This document shows positions 25,960 to 39,451 of a DNA stretch of 64,000 bases, piece by piece. The stretch lies in the NCBI RefSeq assembly GCF_006345805.1, contig NC_042997.1, positions 109,616,001 through 109,680,000 on the forward strand, in the 5' to 3' direction. The notes under the pieces are model-generated. The model had not been told where the DNA came from, searched no databases, and worked only from the letters and a program-made list of their open reading frames with translations. The number at the start of each line of letters is the position of its first letter. Positions within the stretch are counted from its first letter, which is position 1. The translations under genes were made by a program, and so were the position numbers. The DNA comes from Octopus sinensis. Its lineage: Eukaryota.

Positions 25960-26692
25960 TTCTTTATGGCCACACAGGCTGCACACAGATGGGACAAGTT
26001 ACAAGGTAGAGCTTTCTTTGGGGGATGAAAAACAAAAAACAAAAGAAACAAAAAAAAAAGGGGTAGCGTAGGTTTTCGATCAGAGGGATCGTAAAAGGAG
26101 AAAAGAAAAAATAAATAAATAAAAAAGAAAAAAATTTAAAAAAATAAAAATAAAAAAAGAAGAAAAGGAAATGGAGCAAAAGAAAGAGAATGAAAAAAAG
26201 AAGAAAAAGGGGGAAAAAAGGGAGAGGAAAAAAAAAACGATCAATAGGGATCGGTATCACAGTGTTATGATATATGGTGTATAAAGGGGAAAGCAAGTAA
26301 GGTTTATCCGTGGGAAGAAAAGGCCTACGAAAAAAGACCACATAACTAGGTTCAAATTGTATAGTTTACCACATTGTGCAAGGGGTAACCATCTGTTTTC
26401 AATTTCTGGGTTCATAGGTTATGCTCAAGGTGGCGTAGTCATTCATACGTGCCATCTTGCTACATTCACCCATCTTTTTTAAAAAAACATTGCCTCTCTT
26501 ACTATCACTTCCTTTTCAAGTGGTACTTGACGCAGCTTGATGAAGAGATGGACCAGAGAGAAAGTGTTTGTCTCAATCCTGCAGGACGCGTCATCAGATA
26601 CATTCTTCGCCATAGCCACAAGGATGATTGATAAATAAGCTTCTTTCTTCCCGTTTGAAGAGGAGCGTGGACAATATTGACGATAGACTCAG
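25960..26692 (-). mobile_element. 5'-truncated Tx1-family copy (ORF2 C-terminus and 3' UTR) in (GATA)n
   Basis: Aligns with 26836-27530 (shared gccacacag.gctgcacacagat..acaaggtagagcttt 3' end and ttcatacgtgccat..cttttcaagtggtacttga coding end); GATA arrays on both sides. Confidence 0.9.
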
Positions 26693-26761
26693 ATGAGTAG
26701 ATAGATAGATAGATAGATAGATGATAGATAGGAGATATGATAGATAGTGTAAGATAGATAG

Positions 26762-26800
<39 letters not shown>

Positions 26801-26801
26801 G

Positions 26802-26835
<34 letters not shown>

Positions 26836-27232
26836 TTTCTTTATTAGCCACACAGGGCTGCACACAGATAGAACAAATTACAAGGTAGAGCTTTTCTTTT
26901 GAAGGTATTAAAAAAAAAAAAAAAAAAAAAAAAAAGGAAGGGGGAGGTTCGATCAAAAGGGATCGTAAAAGGAGAGAAAGAGGACAAAAATAAGGGGGGT
27001 TAAAAAAAAAAAAAAAAGGGGGGGGGAGGGAAAAAAAATGATCAATAGGGATCGTTATCACAGAAATGTCAATATGAAGTGTAAAGGGGAGGACAGGTGA
27101 GGTTTACCCGTGGAAAGAAAAGCCTGCGGAAAAGACCACGGTAACCTCGGTCAATGAAGTCACATTTTTTATTTTTTTTTTTTTTTTTTTTTTTTTTGCA
27201 AATAAGCAACTCTCTGTTTTCGATTTCTGGGT

Positions 27233-30200
27233 TCATAGGACTATGCTCAAGGTGGCTTCGTCATTCATACGTGCCATTCTTGCTACATTCACCCATCTTT
27301 TTTTAAAACATTCGCTAGACAAAACTTGCCTCTCTACTCTCACTTTCCTTTTCAAGTGGTACTTGAAGAAGTTGATGAGAGATTGACCAGAGAGGAAAGT
27401 GTTTGTCTCCAATCCTTTCAGACGCGTCCACCAGATACATTCTTTCGCCATAGCCACAAGGATGATGAAAATAGCTCTTCCTTCCCGTTTGAAGGAAGGA
27501 GGCGTGACAATATTGACGATAGACTCAGCTGATAAACCGACTCGTCCCACACGTGACAGCAGTTGTTCGACATAAGCCCACAGGTCGGAAATTGTTGGAC
27601 ACTGAACGAGTGCGTGCAGAACGGTTTCGTCGCTCTGACCGCATCTCGGGCAGGTCGGCCCCGTGTTTCTCGAGCCGTGTCTGTAGAGCTTATCCCGAAC
27701 GGGTAGCGCTTCTCGGTAGCACTGCCAGGCCAGGGATCTCTGGAAGTTGTTGTCCATGGCCCTGGCCCGAAAGTCGTCCCGAACAGGCGGGTCAGGTACT
27801 CCTCGTCGACGTCCAGGTTCGCCCCGAGCTCGTCGTCGTACCTCCCCTCCACTAAACCCCTATAGAATGCTTTGGTTGTGTTGAAGTCACTTAAGGTCGA
27901 CCCAGGACGGCAGAGTTGCTTGAGAGCAACGCGACACTCGCGGTGCCATTCGCCCTTCCTCGGCCTCTTTTTGATCCACGACTGCAGTTCGGTCATGGAG
28001 ACGAGCTGCGGGAAAGCGTGCCTCACAAACGGCGACCACACTGTTCACCGTCGTCTACATAGAGCCAGAGATGTCGCAGTCTCAGCGCGTGTCTGCGCAT
28101 CATCAACCACGGCATGCCCAGCCCTCCTTTTAACGGGTGTTGACAGCAAATGGATCGCCTGACCATCGGGACGCATCCTTTCCACAAGAAGCGAAAGAGG
28201 ATGCGTTGTAGTTTGGTGATGGTAGGGTCGGGACAAGGTACGACGGTCAGGCGGTAGTAGATGACGGACGCGATGTACGTGTTCGCCACCTCCGCTCGAC
28301 CTTTTAGGGACAGTTTCCTCTCGGCCCATTGCCGGGCGAGAGTGACCACCCTACTCGTTATCTCGTTCCAGTTCTTCTCCACTTGGAGGTCCGGACCAAA
28401 CCAGACCCCGAGCAACTCAACCGGGCCGTCGGTCCAGCGTCCCACGACGGAGGCGCTGGTGGACGGCATGGGCTTGCTTCTCCAGGTGCCTAGTCGCAAG
28501 CCCACTGACTTTTCCCGGTTGATTTTCGCTCCTGTCACCGCTTCGTAGTTTTTCAGTGTCTCGCCGACCAGCTCGATGTGCTCGTGGCTAGACACTATGA
28601 CGGTGACGTCGTCCGCGTATGCAGACACGCTCGTCCCGCATCCCAATTCTCGCGGGATGCCCCTTAGAGTCGCCAGCTTCCGCAGTAGTGGCTCAAGAGT
28701 CAATACGTATAGAAGCGCCGAGAGGGGGCATCCCTGACGGACCGAACGTGCAATGTCGAAAGGTCTCGATAGATGTCCATTTACGCGAATTACCGAACGG
28801 ATGCCTCTGTACAAGGCAGCTATCCAGCCGCGGAAGACGGGACCGAAACCAGCCGCTCTCAGGACTGCCTCCAAGTATCGATGGTCTACCCTATCAAAGG
28901 CTTTCGATTGATCCAAGTTGATCAGGGCCCCACCCATGCCAGGTTCGTTAACTACCCTGTCTATGATGTAGCGCATCAGATGGAGGTTGTCATGGATGGT
29001 CCGGCCTGGCACGGCGCATGTTTGCGCCTTGTCGACCAGTTTCTCGATGACAAGCGCCAACCTCTTGGCTAGCACCTTGGCCAAAATTTTCAAGTCTGCA
29101 TTAAGCAGAGTGATGGGCCTAAAGTTATCTATTACATTTCCCTTGTTTAGATCTTTCTTCAGCAGTGTTACGGCTCCTCGGCTCACAAAACCAGGAATGC
29201 TCCCGTTTTGCTGCCAGTTGCAGTACACCGCCGCCAAGAGATCTCCAAACAAGTCTGGCATACAATTGTAAAGCTCGTAGGGTAGACCATCCAAACCCGG
29301 TGATTTGTCCCTCGAGCATTCTGCCATCGCTTCCCGCACTTCCGCCGCCGTGATGGCACCTTCGCAGCACCCTGCCTTTCTTGTCGAGAGTCGTGGTAGG
29401 CTATGTAGGTAGGCACTGAAGTCCACCCTACGTTCTTGCCCTCCACTCGTTCCGAACAGTCGGGCAAAATGCTGCTGAAAGGCCTCACACATTTTACTTG
29501 GCTCGAGCAATCGCGCCCCTGTTCATCTACCAGTGACCGAATGGTGGCTTTGTTGCCCTGTTGCGCCTCTGCCACCCGGGCCTCTCTCGCGGCTCCAACA
29601 CCTTCGTTCCTTAGAGCACGCATCCTAGCTCTGACAGCACATCCTTCGTGTTTGGCGTTGAAGTGTTGGTCGAGGGCCAACCTCGCCGCCAAAACGTCGG
29701 ATGCGATGCCGCTTCTAATTGCCTCTTCTAGCTTCTTAACTAGCTCACCCTCTACTCTATTTCTATCTATGGCTAGTGCTTTGCTGTACCTAATCGCTTC
29801 TGCTTTTACTGCTCTCTTGAGGGCAAACCACCATTTGTTGTTGATGATGGCTCCCGTCAAAGCCCTCTTTACTAGTGTGCTAATCCGGTCTCTGAAAACT
29901 TGTCTCGATGGGAAAGACGCGTTTAGTTTCCAGTATCCGGGACCCTGCCTAAGTGTCTTACCTAAGTCTAGCGTACATGTCACAAGTTTGTGATCCGTGT
30001 AGCTGACTATGTGGAATTGTGGACATCCTATGCTATCTCTATCTACTGTCCTACACAGTATCCTATCTAGATACGATCTCGACGACCCGATGCGGTTGCT
30101 CCATGTCCACGTTGGCGCATTCGGGTGGTCTAGTCGAAACTGTCAGACAGTTGAAGCGTCTGAGCAGGTCTCTGAGGCATTTGCATCCCCGTCTATTCCT

Positions 30201-30668
30201 ATCTCTACCCACGTAGTCTACATGCGTGTCCAAGGTAGCATTCCAATCCCCCACTAAGAGTAAAGGACGAGACGTTCCCAAGAAAACTTCTAGACGTTGA
30301 AAGAAATCCGCCCGACTGTTAAGGGCGGTGCGTAAACTGATACGAGCCGAAAAGCGCACCCATTGCTGCCGTCGACATCCAGGACGACCAGTCTACCCTC
30401 CGGGTCTACGAATATTGTCCTTACATTGAGATCCAGACTCTTGTGAAAAAGTACCGCGGTGCCACTACCGCCCATTCTCGGCAGACAGGGGGGAAAAATA
30501 AATGTTGAACTGTCCGCCAAACATGGTCTTTAGGGCCCGCGGATTGTGGAGTCTGGTCTCGCTTATGGCTATGATTTCTAACTTATGTGACTTTATGTCA
30601 TTTAAGAGGTACCCTTGTTTCCAAGGGGACCCCAAGCCACGCGCATTTACACAACCAATCTTGATCAT
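27233..30668 (-). pseudogene. Tx1 ORF2: APE endonuclease, reverse transcriptase and C-terminal CCHC (zf-RVT-like), split by ~6 frameshifts
   Basis: APE: IGCVNARGL, ISETRL, VYAP, LVGDWNA, YLDRI, YTDH. RT: KSPGLDGLP, FRPITLLNADLKILAK, LDQSKAFDRVDH, SVRQGCPLS, AYADDV. Zinc finger: CPRCGQSDETVLHALVQC. Assembled from track ORFs 30465-30668, 30290-30520, 30063-30359, 29183-29983, 28023-29510, 27418-28041 and 27233-27757. Confidence 0.93.
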
Positions 30669-30699
30669 AGTTCTAATGAATTAGAATACAGAGGGTTAC

Positions 30700-32698
30700 T
30701 TACTGCTCGAAAGTTTTTGCTTTCTCCTCCGTTGGTTTGTCCTCGAGAAGATCCCAGTACAGTTTCTTTGTGAGATATTTTTGGCATTTACCAACCGCAC
30801 TGGGGAAAATGCCTTTGAGTGTGTGGTGCAGACTTTTGGAGATGTGTATTATTTTGATGTGGTCTGGTGGTGTGTGTATGGGTGGTGTTGTTTTTATGTC
30901 ATCTTCTGTTATGTTTGTTTTTGATTGGATGTATTCCATCAAATTTGTGTTTTTGGTGTCTATGGCTGTGAGCATGTTTGCTGTATATGTTTTTGTGGTG
31001 TTGGTGTGGCTGTTGTTTGCGTTGGGTTTTGAAATGTCTTCGGGAGATGTATTTCCCCCTGCTTTGTTCGTGTTTGCATTTGGTTTGGTTGTGTTTCTGC
31101 TCTTTATTTTCCTTTTTTTGTAGCTATTTGCCATTCCTCACTGGTTTCGTCTTCCGACGAAATTTCTGAGGAATCAGAAGGGGGTAGGGGTATGTTGTGG
31201 CTTCTATGTATGTCTGTGTAAGTGGTTGTGTTGTTGTTTTCGTTGTTGTGGTTGTTGAGTGTTTGTGTGTGTTGAGTGCGGTATAAGGGATGGGGGATCA
31301 GTTTGTGTGTGTTTTCTTTGTTTTTCTGTCCTTTGGGTTTTGCTGTTGATGGTAGTGTTGGTATTTTTCCAGGTGTCGAGTGGTTTTTGGTTGATGACGG
31401 ATTAGCTTGGTGTGCTTCTCTTGTCGTCTTCTGTGTTGATGGTGGTGTGGGTAGTAGAGCTTTTTTCCGGAGTGCTTTGGTTGTGGTAGTGGTTGTTGTT
31501 GTTGCTCTTGGTGTGCAGTGGTTGGGCACGTCTTTTTCAAGTGTGTTTCGCTTCCACACAAATAGCAGCGTGGTCGCCTGCCCTCTACCACTATATAGAG
31601 TTTGTAGCCTCCTGGCAGTTCTATAGCGGTGGGTATCTTCTCTCTTGCTGCTTCATCCAATTGAAGCAGGAATTCGATTGATTTGCCCACATAGTCTTTC
31701 TCTCCTAGAACCGCGATTTCCAGGATGTTTGTCTCTGACATTGTCTCTGACATTTCAAAGCAGATGGCAGAGACCACCCATTGTGTTTCGACATCAAATG
31801 GTATGTTTTTTATTTGGACTTTCGTGACCCTTTTGTTTAAATAGACTGGTATCATTACCAAGTCGTCCGAATGTAGCTCCAATGTGGAAAAACGTTTTGC
31901 TAAACTTTCGTTGAGGAAACGTACTTGGACTGTACCAAATTTGTTTCCCCAACTGATATATTCCTTGGAGTCCCATACAGGACGAAGGCATTTATCGATT
32001 TTTTCCTGCGGTGCATTTTCTGTTCTTCTGTTTTTTTGTTTATTACTTTATAAATTATTGTTTTTTTGCGTGTTTTCCACGATGTGTTGTGGAATATGAA
32101 GGTGCAATTTGTCTCCTTCTTTGAGAAGAGTGCCTTGTGCGGTTTATCTCTTGTGTGGTGAATGTTACAATTGTTCTTTTTGTTTTGTTACGTCCGCAAA
32201 ATTCGTTTTGAATTTGGCAGTAGAATGTGTTAATTGTGGCAGTGTTAATTGAAGTCATGGTAGTGGTGTTGGTGTTGGCGGTATTAGCAGCAGAAGGCTT
32301 GGATGTAGCATTTGACGTCGTAGTAGTGGTGTTGGTGTTGGCGGTGTTGTCTTTGGTAGGCGGCTTTGTGCCAATTTCGTTTTGTTGTTGTTGTTGTGGT
32401 GATGGTGGGTGGTGCTGGCATTCATGTTTTCGTTTGTATTCATTTTTGAAATCCCTTTCTCTGTCCCTTTATCATCAACAAGTGGTGTGGGGAGTGAGGG
32501 GAAATCTAAGTTAATGTCTTTGGTCGCGGCGATGGTGAATGCGACGTTAGATTTGTTGTTGTTGTTGTTGGTGGTGGTGATGGTGGTGACAGCGGTGTTC
32601 ACGCTGCGATGTTTAGCAGCTAGTGGTAGCAATAGTGTTTTGCTACCGTTCTGCATGACTGGCGGGCTAGCCACGTGGTTTCTAGTTGCCATTTTCAA
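30700..32698 (-). pseudogene. Tx1 ORF1 (gag-like, CX2CX4HX4C knuckle, low-complexity N- and C-terminal tails), frameshifted
   Basis: KVQIKNIPFDVETQWVVSAI..YIVVEGRRPRCYLCGSETHLKKTC in ORF 31298-31882; adjoining frames (32255-32698, 31104-31559, 30700-31134) are T/K/N/P-rich; ends just upstream of the ORF2 ATG. The start position is inferred. Confidence 0.8.
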
Positions 32699-32911
32699 AA
32701 TGAAAAATGGCTAAAAAACCCACGAAAGTTTTGAAAGTTTTTTTGTAATTTCGCCCATACAGGGGCGGAATTCTACGTGAATAATTCTCAGGTTTTTAGT
32801 GAATGAATTTGCACAACGATTAAAACAAAATATTTGACAACAAGGAGTTTTAAACATGTAAAAGTGGCCAACTTACTTGGAGCCGATATGACTAGCGTCC
32901 GTCCATGTGAT

Positions 32912-33051
<140 letters not shown>

Positions 33052-34132
33052 CACTAATTTAAAAGATATACTTTTCCTGTGGGAACCTCTTCGTTTTCAG
33101 ATGCCATATATCTCCAAGAGGTTTCCTCAACGTTAAGTTCCGGTCTATAATTCTGACATTTGGACCCTCTTAAAGAAATAACAGTTTCCTTTCGAAGTGG
33201 TTTTCTGTGAATATCGCTATAAAGGCATCCATTTAGGGACAATATTTGGGACTTGATGAAATAATCTGATACCGTTTTATGGCTGGAATTACAAAAACAC
33301 CTTATCTTCGCTCCAATGGACAATACTTTCAACAATTGGAGATGAATTTCTTACAATTTGCTTACAGAACTCTCATCGGAGTAAGATGTTATTAGAGGAA
33401 TAAAGACATGCCGCCGCCGCCGCCGCTATTATTGTCGTCATCTTCGTCGTCGTCGTCATCATCGTCATCATCAACATCATCATCATTATCGTCACCCTGT
33501 TTGTCAACCTCTTCTTCATCTTTCCTCTCCTCCACCGCCTCCGCCCTCTCCTTCTCCTCGTCCTCGTCGTCGTCGTCGTTGTCGCCATCGAAGTCGGCAG
33601 TAGCAGCAACGAACAAACCACTATTCCGTCACTCAACCTGCTAGAAATGGCAGTCAAACCACCCGTCTGCCTAGTGAAGAAGACATACTGTATAATGTAG
33701 ACCTCGTCCCAGAGTTTAACTATAAAATGGGATGGTCATGAGAGGAACGACACTGATTATTGATCTGTTTAATCAGAACTAACATGGAGCTGATGCAGCA
33801 ACAGAAATATACAAGTATACTACAACAGCTACTACTACTACTACTACAAATAAGAATCATCGTAATTCTTCTTTTATAAGTCTGACACAAGGCCAGCAAT
33901 TTTGAGGGGCGGGGGAAATTGAATTCATGGTCCCCAGTGCATAACTGATACTTTATTGACTCCGAAAGGCTGAAGGACAAAGCCGACCTCGGCGGAATTT
34001 GAACACAAAATGCAAGGCCGGATGAAATACTGCAAAGAATTTTGTCCGACGTGATAATGATTCTGCTAACACACCATTTTTACAACAACAACAGCAACAA
34101 CAACAACAACATTAATGATAATAATAATAATG

Positions 34133-34179
<47 letters not shown>

Positions 34180-35288
34180 TTCAATTGTTTTAGCAGCAGC
34201 AAATGAAAGGGACAATGCAAAGATGGTAATGGTGATGACGACGACGACGACGACGATGATGATGATGATGATGATTGTGGTGATGGTGATGAGGAGGAGG
34301 AGGAGGAAGAAGAACAGTATCCTCGGTTTTAGCATAATCATCATGAGGTTCATCATCATCTTTACCACCATCACCGCCGCCACTATCACCACCACCATCC
34401 ATCATTCTCATCATCACCACCACTACCATTATTATCATCATCATCACCACCACCACCCATCATCATCATCATCATCGTTAATATCGTTTACAATCACAGC
34501 ACGAGCACAAAATACAAATACCAGAGAAACACCACCACCACTACCACCACCACCACCACCACTACCTCCAGCAACAGCAACAAAAGCAACAACAACAACA
34601 ACAGCTAAATAATGATAAAATATCTAAAATAACAACAACAGTAATATGTAGGTGGAAAATAATAATAAGAAAAAAATCGATATTAATAAACGGCTCTTTA
34701 CGTAATCGTCCATTGAAGAACTCTGAATCAAAGATGGTTGCCGGTTTGACCCTGGATTCTATGAGATTCTTACAAACGTGGACCCTTTTTCCCCTTCCTC
34801 CTGAACACTTCAAACAACATGTCCGCCGCCCAAAGTGCCTCTGCTAATATCTTTTATTAATATAATGATTCTCAGAGTTGTTCCTCCCTGACAATATTCC
34901 ATTCTACACAAGAGAATGTGTTGTTGTTGTTGTTGTTGTTAGCTTTGGAATGGAGTAAAACATTGGATTGTGTTCTGAAGACTTTTGCCCAGAGAACAAT
35001 ATAATGCTACATGTATGTAAGCCGATTATACATGCATACATGTATGTTTATGTGCGTTCGTGCATGCGTGCCTCTCTGTGTGTGCCTCCGGGTAAATATG
35101 TGTATGTATGTGTGTGTGTGGATGAGCATGTTTGAGTGAATGTGTGCATGTACGTATGTATGTTTGTATTTATGCTTCTCTATATGTACGTAGGTGTGTA
35201 AGGTTGTATATATGCATGTGAGCGTGCAGCTATCATCTGCGTACATATATGTACGTAAGCAGGTAGATATCTCGGTAGAATATATATA

Positions 35289-36110
35289 CAGGGGTTGGAC
35301 AAAATAATTGGAACATTAGAAATTTAACTCCAATATTTCAATGAGACATTATATAATGAATATCCAAATTTATGAATTTATTATGAATTTATTATGAATT
35401 TATATTACGAATATCCAAATTTCATTGAGAGTGTTTTATTTTTTTTTTTTGTATTGTAGATGGTTTTATTTATCTAATTTAATGATTATTTCTACCTCTT
35501 TTTCTGATTGTAGTATAAATTAAGCTAAGATGCGTGAGCTCACTGAGTTCAAAAAAGGGCAAATTGTTGGGGCTCGAATGGCATGAGCTTCCGTTACCAG
35601 AACAGCTGAACTCCTTGGTTTTTTCTAGGACCATGACTGAATTTAAGAAGTAGGGCAAAACATCCAGCAGGAGGAGTAAGTCCGGCAAGACTTCGAAGCT
35701 TGCGGAAAGAGACCGACGAACATTGTGATGAAAAAATCACCAGACAACTGCCTCTAAAGTGACTACAGAGTTGAATCAACATCTGACCAGCCCAGTTTCG
35801 ACCAAAACTGTTCGTCGTGAGCTCAATAAAGCCGGATATCGTGGAAGAGCCGCCATCAGGAAACCTCTCCTTTCTCATCTAAACATTCAGAAACGGCTGA
35901 GCTGGTGTAGAGCTCACAAGGGCTGGTCGAAAGATCAATAGAAGCAAGTAATTTTCTCCGCCGAGTCCAGTTTTTCTCTTTTCTCCGCTGCAGGAAAAAC
36001 TTTTAATCCTGACTGCCTTCTTCCTACAGTGAAGCACGGAGGAGGGTCTGTGATGGTTTGGGCAGCCATTTCTTGGAATTCTCTTGATCCAATCGTTGCC
36101 CTGCAATATT
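35289..36110 (+). mobile_element. Tc1-like transposon, left TIR and decayed transposase (HTH to start of the DDE domain)
   Basis: TA-caggggttggacaaaataattggaac; MRELTEFKKGQIVGARMA*; VSTKTVRRELNKAGYRGRAAIRKPLL..KQVIFS.ES; PTVKHGGGSVMVWAAIS. Confidence 0.88.
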
Positions 36111-36393
36111 TCTATATATGGTGGTATTTAGCCAAGCATCTTTGAAGTCAGTTTATGGAAAGATTTTATTCTGGTGTCTAGAATTGCCACCAGAACATTC
36201 AAGAACTTCATGAGGAAAGCATCCACTAAGAAGCTGACATTTATCTCTTTGAAGATACATTTCGCTTATTTTTCTTGGAGGTTATATACCGTTAGAAAAA
36301 CAGTTTCCATCTTCCAAAGAAAAATGATTCCAGTTACCATTAATAGTTCTGTTCCTTCCTTTCTCTGAAAGTTACTTCTAGATTCACATATAT

Positions 36394-36657
36394 ATGTGGT
36401 TTCCAAACTTTTTGGGGGTGCCGCCCTTTGGCACCCAGGCCATATTCCTAGCGCCCATTTAACCCTCCCCACTACAAATATATACCACTCTCTGTAGCAA
36501 ATTCAAGACAACTGTATTTCACAAATAAAATATTTTTCTATTACATCTATCACCCCCACTTTGGCTACCCCATCATCGTTCCAATTTTCTTCAATACCCC
36601 ACAAGATTTTTCCACCACTCCCAAGGGGGCAATACAGCTCACTTTGGTTAACCACTG
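36394..36657. mobile_element. Degenerate hAT-like MITE (others: left end at 39200-39310, and 61683-61841)
   Basis: Termini resembling cagtggtttccaaac ... tttggttaaccactg. Confidence 0.5.
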
Positions 36658-38011
36658 ATATATATACACAACGCAGTTATCAATTTCAAACATTGTAAAG
36701 TAAAATGCTGATTTCTATGAATAAGAGCCCCTAATCCTGAATAGCTTCATTAATCCGGGCGTAGCAGTGAGTGGAGAGATACAACCAGGTTGAAAGACCG
36801 TCGTGTCTTAATGTCCTCTAACCTTAATGAATGGAGTATGTTGTGAACACACATCACCTGAAAGGAGAAGATGTTCTCTGTTAATTAAATACAATTAGCA
36901 TATTAGCATATTCATGTTCAAATGTTCCGGAACTTATTTCAAATCACTATATACAGCATTGTTTTGATTTTCCCTCTGTGCACAGGATATTTAACTACAA
37001 CATTTAGTATCATCAATAAAACTTGATTGAAGCTAATAATCTCTTTTTGCTTATAATTTAATATTTTGACATAAAACCACTTCAAAATATTTATATTTTA
37101 TGTATAAAATATCATGATCTTCCGGCTCAAAAAACAACCAAATCAAGAATTTCAATTTTTCTTCGCAAGAAAAAAAATGAATCAATTTAAGCAGACTTCA
37201 AATTTTATGACATTATAAATTTAATAGACTTGGTGGGGGAATTTTTCCAAGGTGGGCTGTTATTGAGGTTTTTAGCCAAAATTTCCAACACAAGCTTGAA
37301 AACATTTCTAACATTTCTTGCGATTTCCCGTAGCCCTTGTGGATTTAATGACTTCAAACTTTGACACAAGGCCTGCAGTTTTAGGGAGTAGGATAGTCGA
37401 CTACATTCACTTCAGTACTTGACCGGTACTTTATTTTATGGACCACGAAGCGACGAAAAGCAATGTTGACCTCGGTGGAATTTGAAACCAAAGCGTAAAG
37501 TACTGCAAGAAATGCTGCTGAGCCTTTTGTCCGATGCGTTAACGATTCCACCAATTCGCCATGTTTATAATTTTTTCCACTAAAAATACAAAGCCTGAAA
37601 TTTGGATAAGGGTCTTGTCAATGACACGAACCCCAGTGCTCGGTTGGTATCTATGCTATATACTCCTGAAATACTGAAAGGCAAAGATTGGCCTTGGTGG
37701 AATTTGAACTCACAACATGAAGAAATACAAAGAGGGGTTTTTTCAGTGTTTTAAACATTCTGCCATCTCACCGCCTTCCGGTATTAGTATCAAAGGCGCA
37801 AGACTTGAAATTTTGTGGAGAGGGGACAAGTCGATTACATCGTCTTCCAGTGATCGACTGGTACTCATTTTATCGATCTCAAATAGATGAAAGGCAAAGA
37901 CGACCTCAGCAGAATTTGAACACTGAACCGGAAGAAAAACAGTAAAGCATTTGGTCCGAAGCTTTAACGATTTTGGCAATACGCCACCTTTATAACGATG
38001 ATGATGATAAC

Positions 38012-38042
<31 letters not shown>

Positions 38043-39408
38043 ACGACGACGACGACGATGATGATGATAATGATGATGGTGATGGTGATGGTGACGTTGA
38101 TGATGATGATCATAATAATGAGGAGGAGGACGAGGAGGAGGATGGTGATGATGGTGATGATGATGGTGATGATGATGATGATGATGATGATGATGACGAT
38201 GATGATGGGAATGATGATGAGAAGACGATGGTGATGATGATGACGACAGTGATGGTGATACTGATCTCAGAAGTGCTGGCTGCTATTGTTGTTGTGTATT
38301 TCATTCCAACCATTATCTCCTCATTTGCAGAAATGCTCATTGATGATATTTTTATTGAATGGAACCAGAAACTTAACAAAATGGTTCAAAACGGAATAAA
38401 CCCTAAACGAAAAAAGAACATTTACCTCGCAGAATGCAATAATATTTGTATTATATTAAAAGGGAGACCAAAAAAAAAAAATCCCACGTGGCAACCCCCA
38501 CCTCCCTCCCCTTACCATCGAAATCTTTCCTCAAGTACAAAAGTGGTTTTAAAGGAAAACCATTTATATCATAAAATATTTTTTAACAAACTTTATCAAA
38601 GGCAAGTTTATTGCATTAAAGTTTCTGTTTTTTTTTTTGTTTTTTTAAATATGCTTCGTTTTAATAAAACCCTATAAAATTCTATAAGCTTTTGCCTTTG
38701 ATAAAGTCGCTAAACATCTATAAACCATTACATGCTCCCATATACACACACACACACACACACACACATACACACGTACACACACACACACACATATAAG
38801 CCTTGAGTAGTTTTCAATAAGTTTATTTTATATAAATTCCTAGATCTAGTTTTAACGTGTTGCCTTTGAAAGGAATCACGTTGAGGTTATTGTCAGGCCC
38901 TCATTAAAACATGCCGATACACTTTATTTTCTATGGGAGACAAGTCGTGCCAAATTTACCCTTACATTATTTCCAGTTTCCATTTGCACAAATATTCGGT
39001 GGAAACGCTTTGAAGTTTTGTGCAAATTATTGAACTAAAATTTACTCAAATTGACTTGGGACATAGGTTTTGATTCACCCAACATACGGGGTACCTCATA
39101 CAATGAATTTTCACCGGCTTTTAAGGTGTTATTATTTTCCCTATTGAATACACGATATCCTAATTTCTCTCTTTATTATTCAATAAGTGTTGTCTAAGTC
39201 AGTGGTTCTCAACCATGTTTTGCCTATGGACCCCTTAGATTAGTCCTTACTCAACTGGAACCCCTTAACTATTCGATGTTTGAAAAATCCCTCTTGTATT
39301 TTTACGTATGATTAGACATAATATGTTCTTCTCCTCCCTTCCTCCTCCTCTTCTTCTGTCTGTATGATTCTTTCTCTCCACTCATCCTACACCTCTGAAG
39401 TTAACTAT

Positions 39409-39451
<43 letters not shown>

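Larger units (their letters stand above)
26836..32911 (-). mobile_element. Apparently full-length Tx1 (L1-clade) non-LTR retrotransposon inserted in a (GATA)n microsatellite
   Basis: 5' UTR, ORF1 and ORF2 (APE-RT-zinc finger), and a 3' UTR ending ctaataaagaaa; (GATA)n at 26698-26835 and 32912-33051. Confidence 0.93.

Noticed and set aside
25517-26835. Regularly spaced repeats suggesting a CRISPR-like array
   Set aside because: Eukaryotic microsatellite and retrotransposon ends; no constant repeat with unique spacers and no cas genes
33350-33390. Possible 13 nt plus-strand microexon (ttgcttacag-AACTCTCATCGGA-gtaaga); similar 35 nt minus-strand candidate near 36833-36867
   Set aside because: Splice-like strings of this length occur by chance in 64 kb and there is no supporting coding context
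37973-38677. 234 aa poly-Asp/Glu ORF (and the poly-His/Ser ORFs at 41883-42722 and 33373-34612)
   Set aside because: Driven by (GAT)n/(CAT)n repeats that lack stops; no domain content
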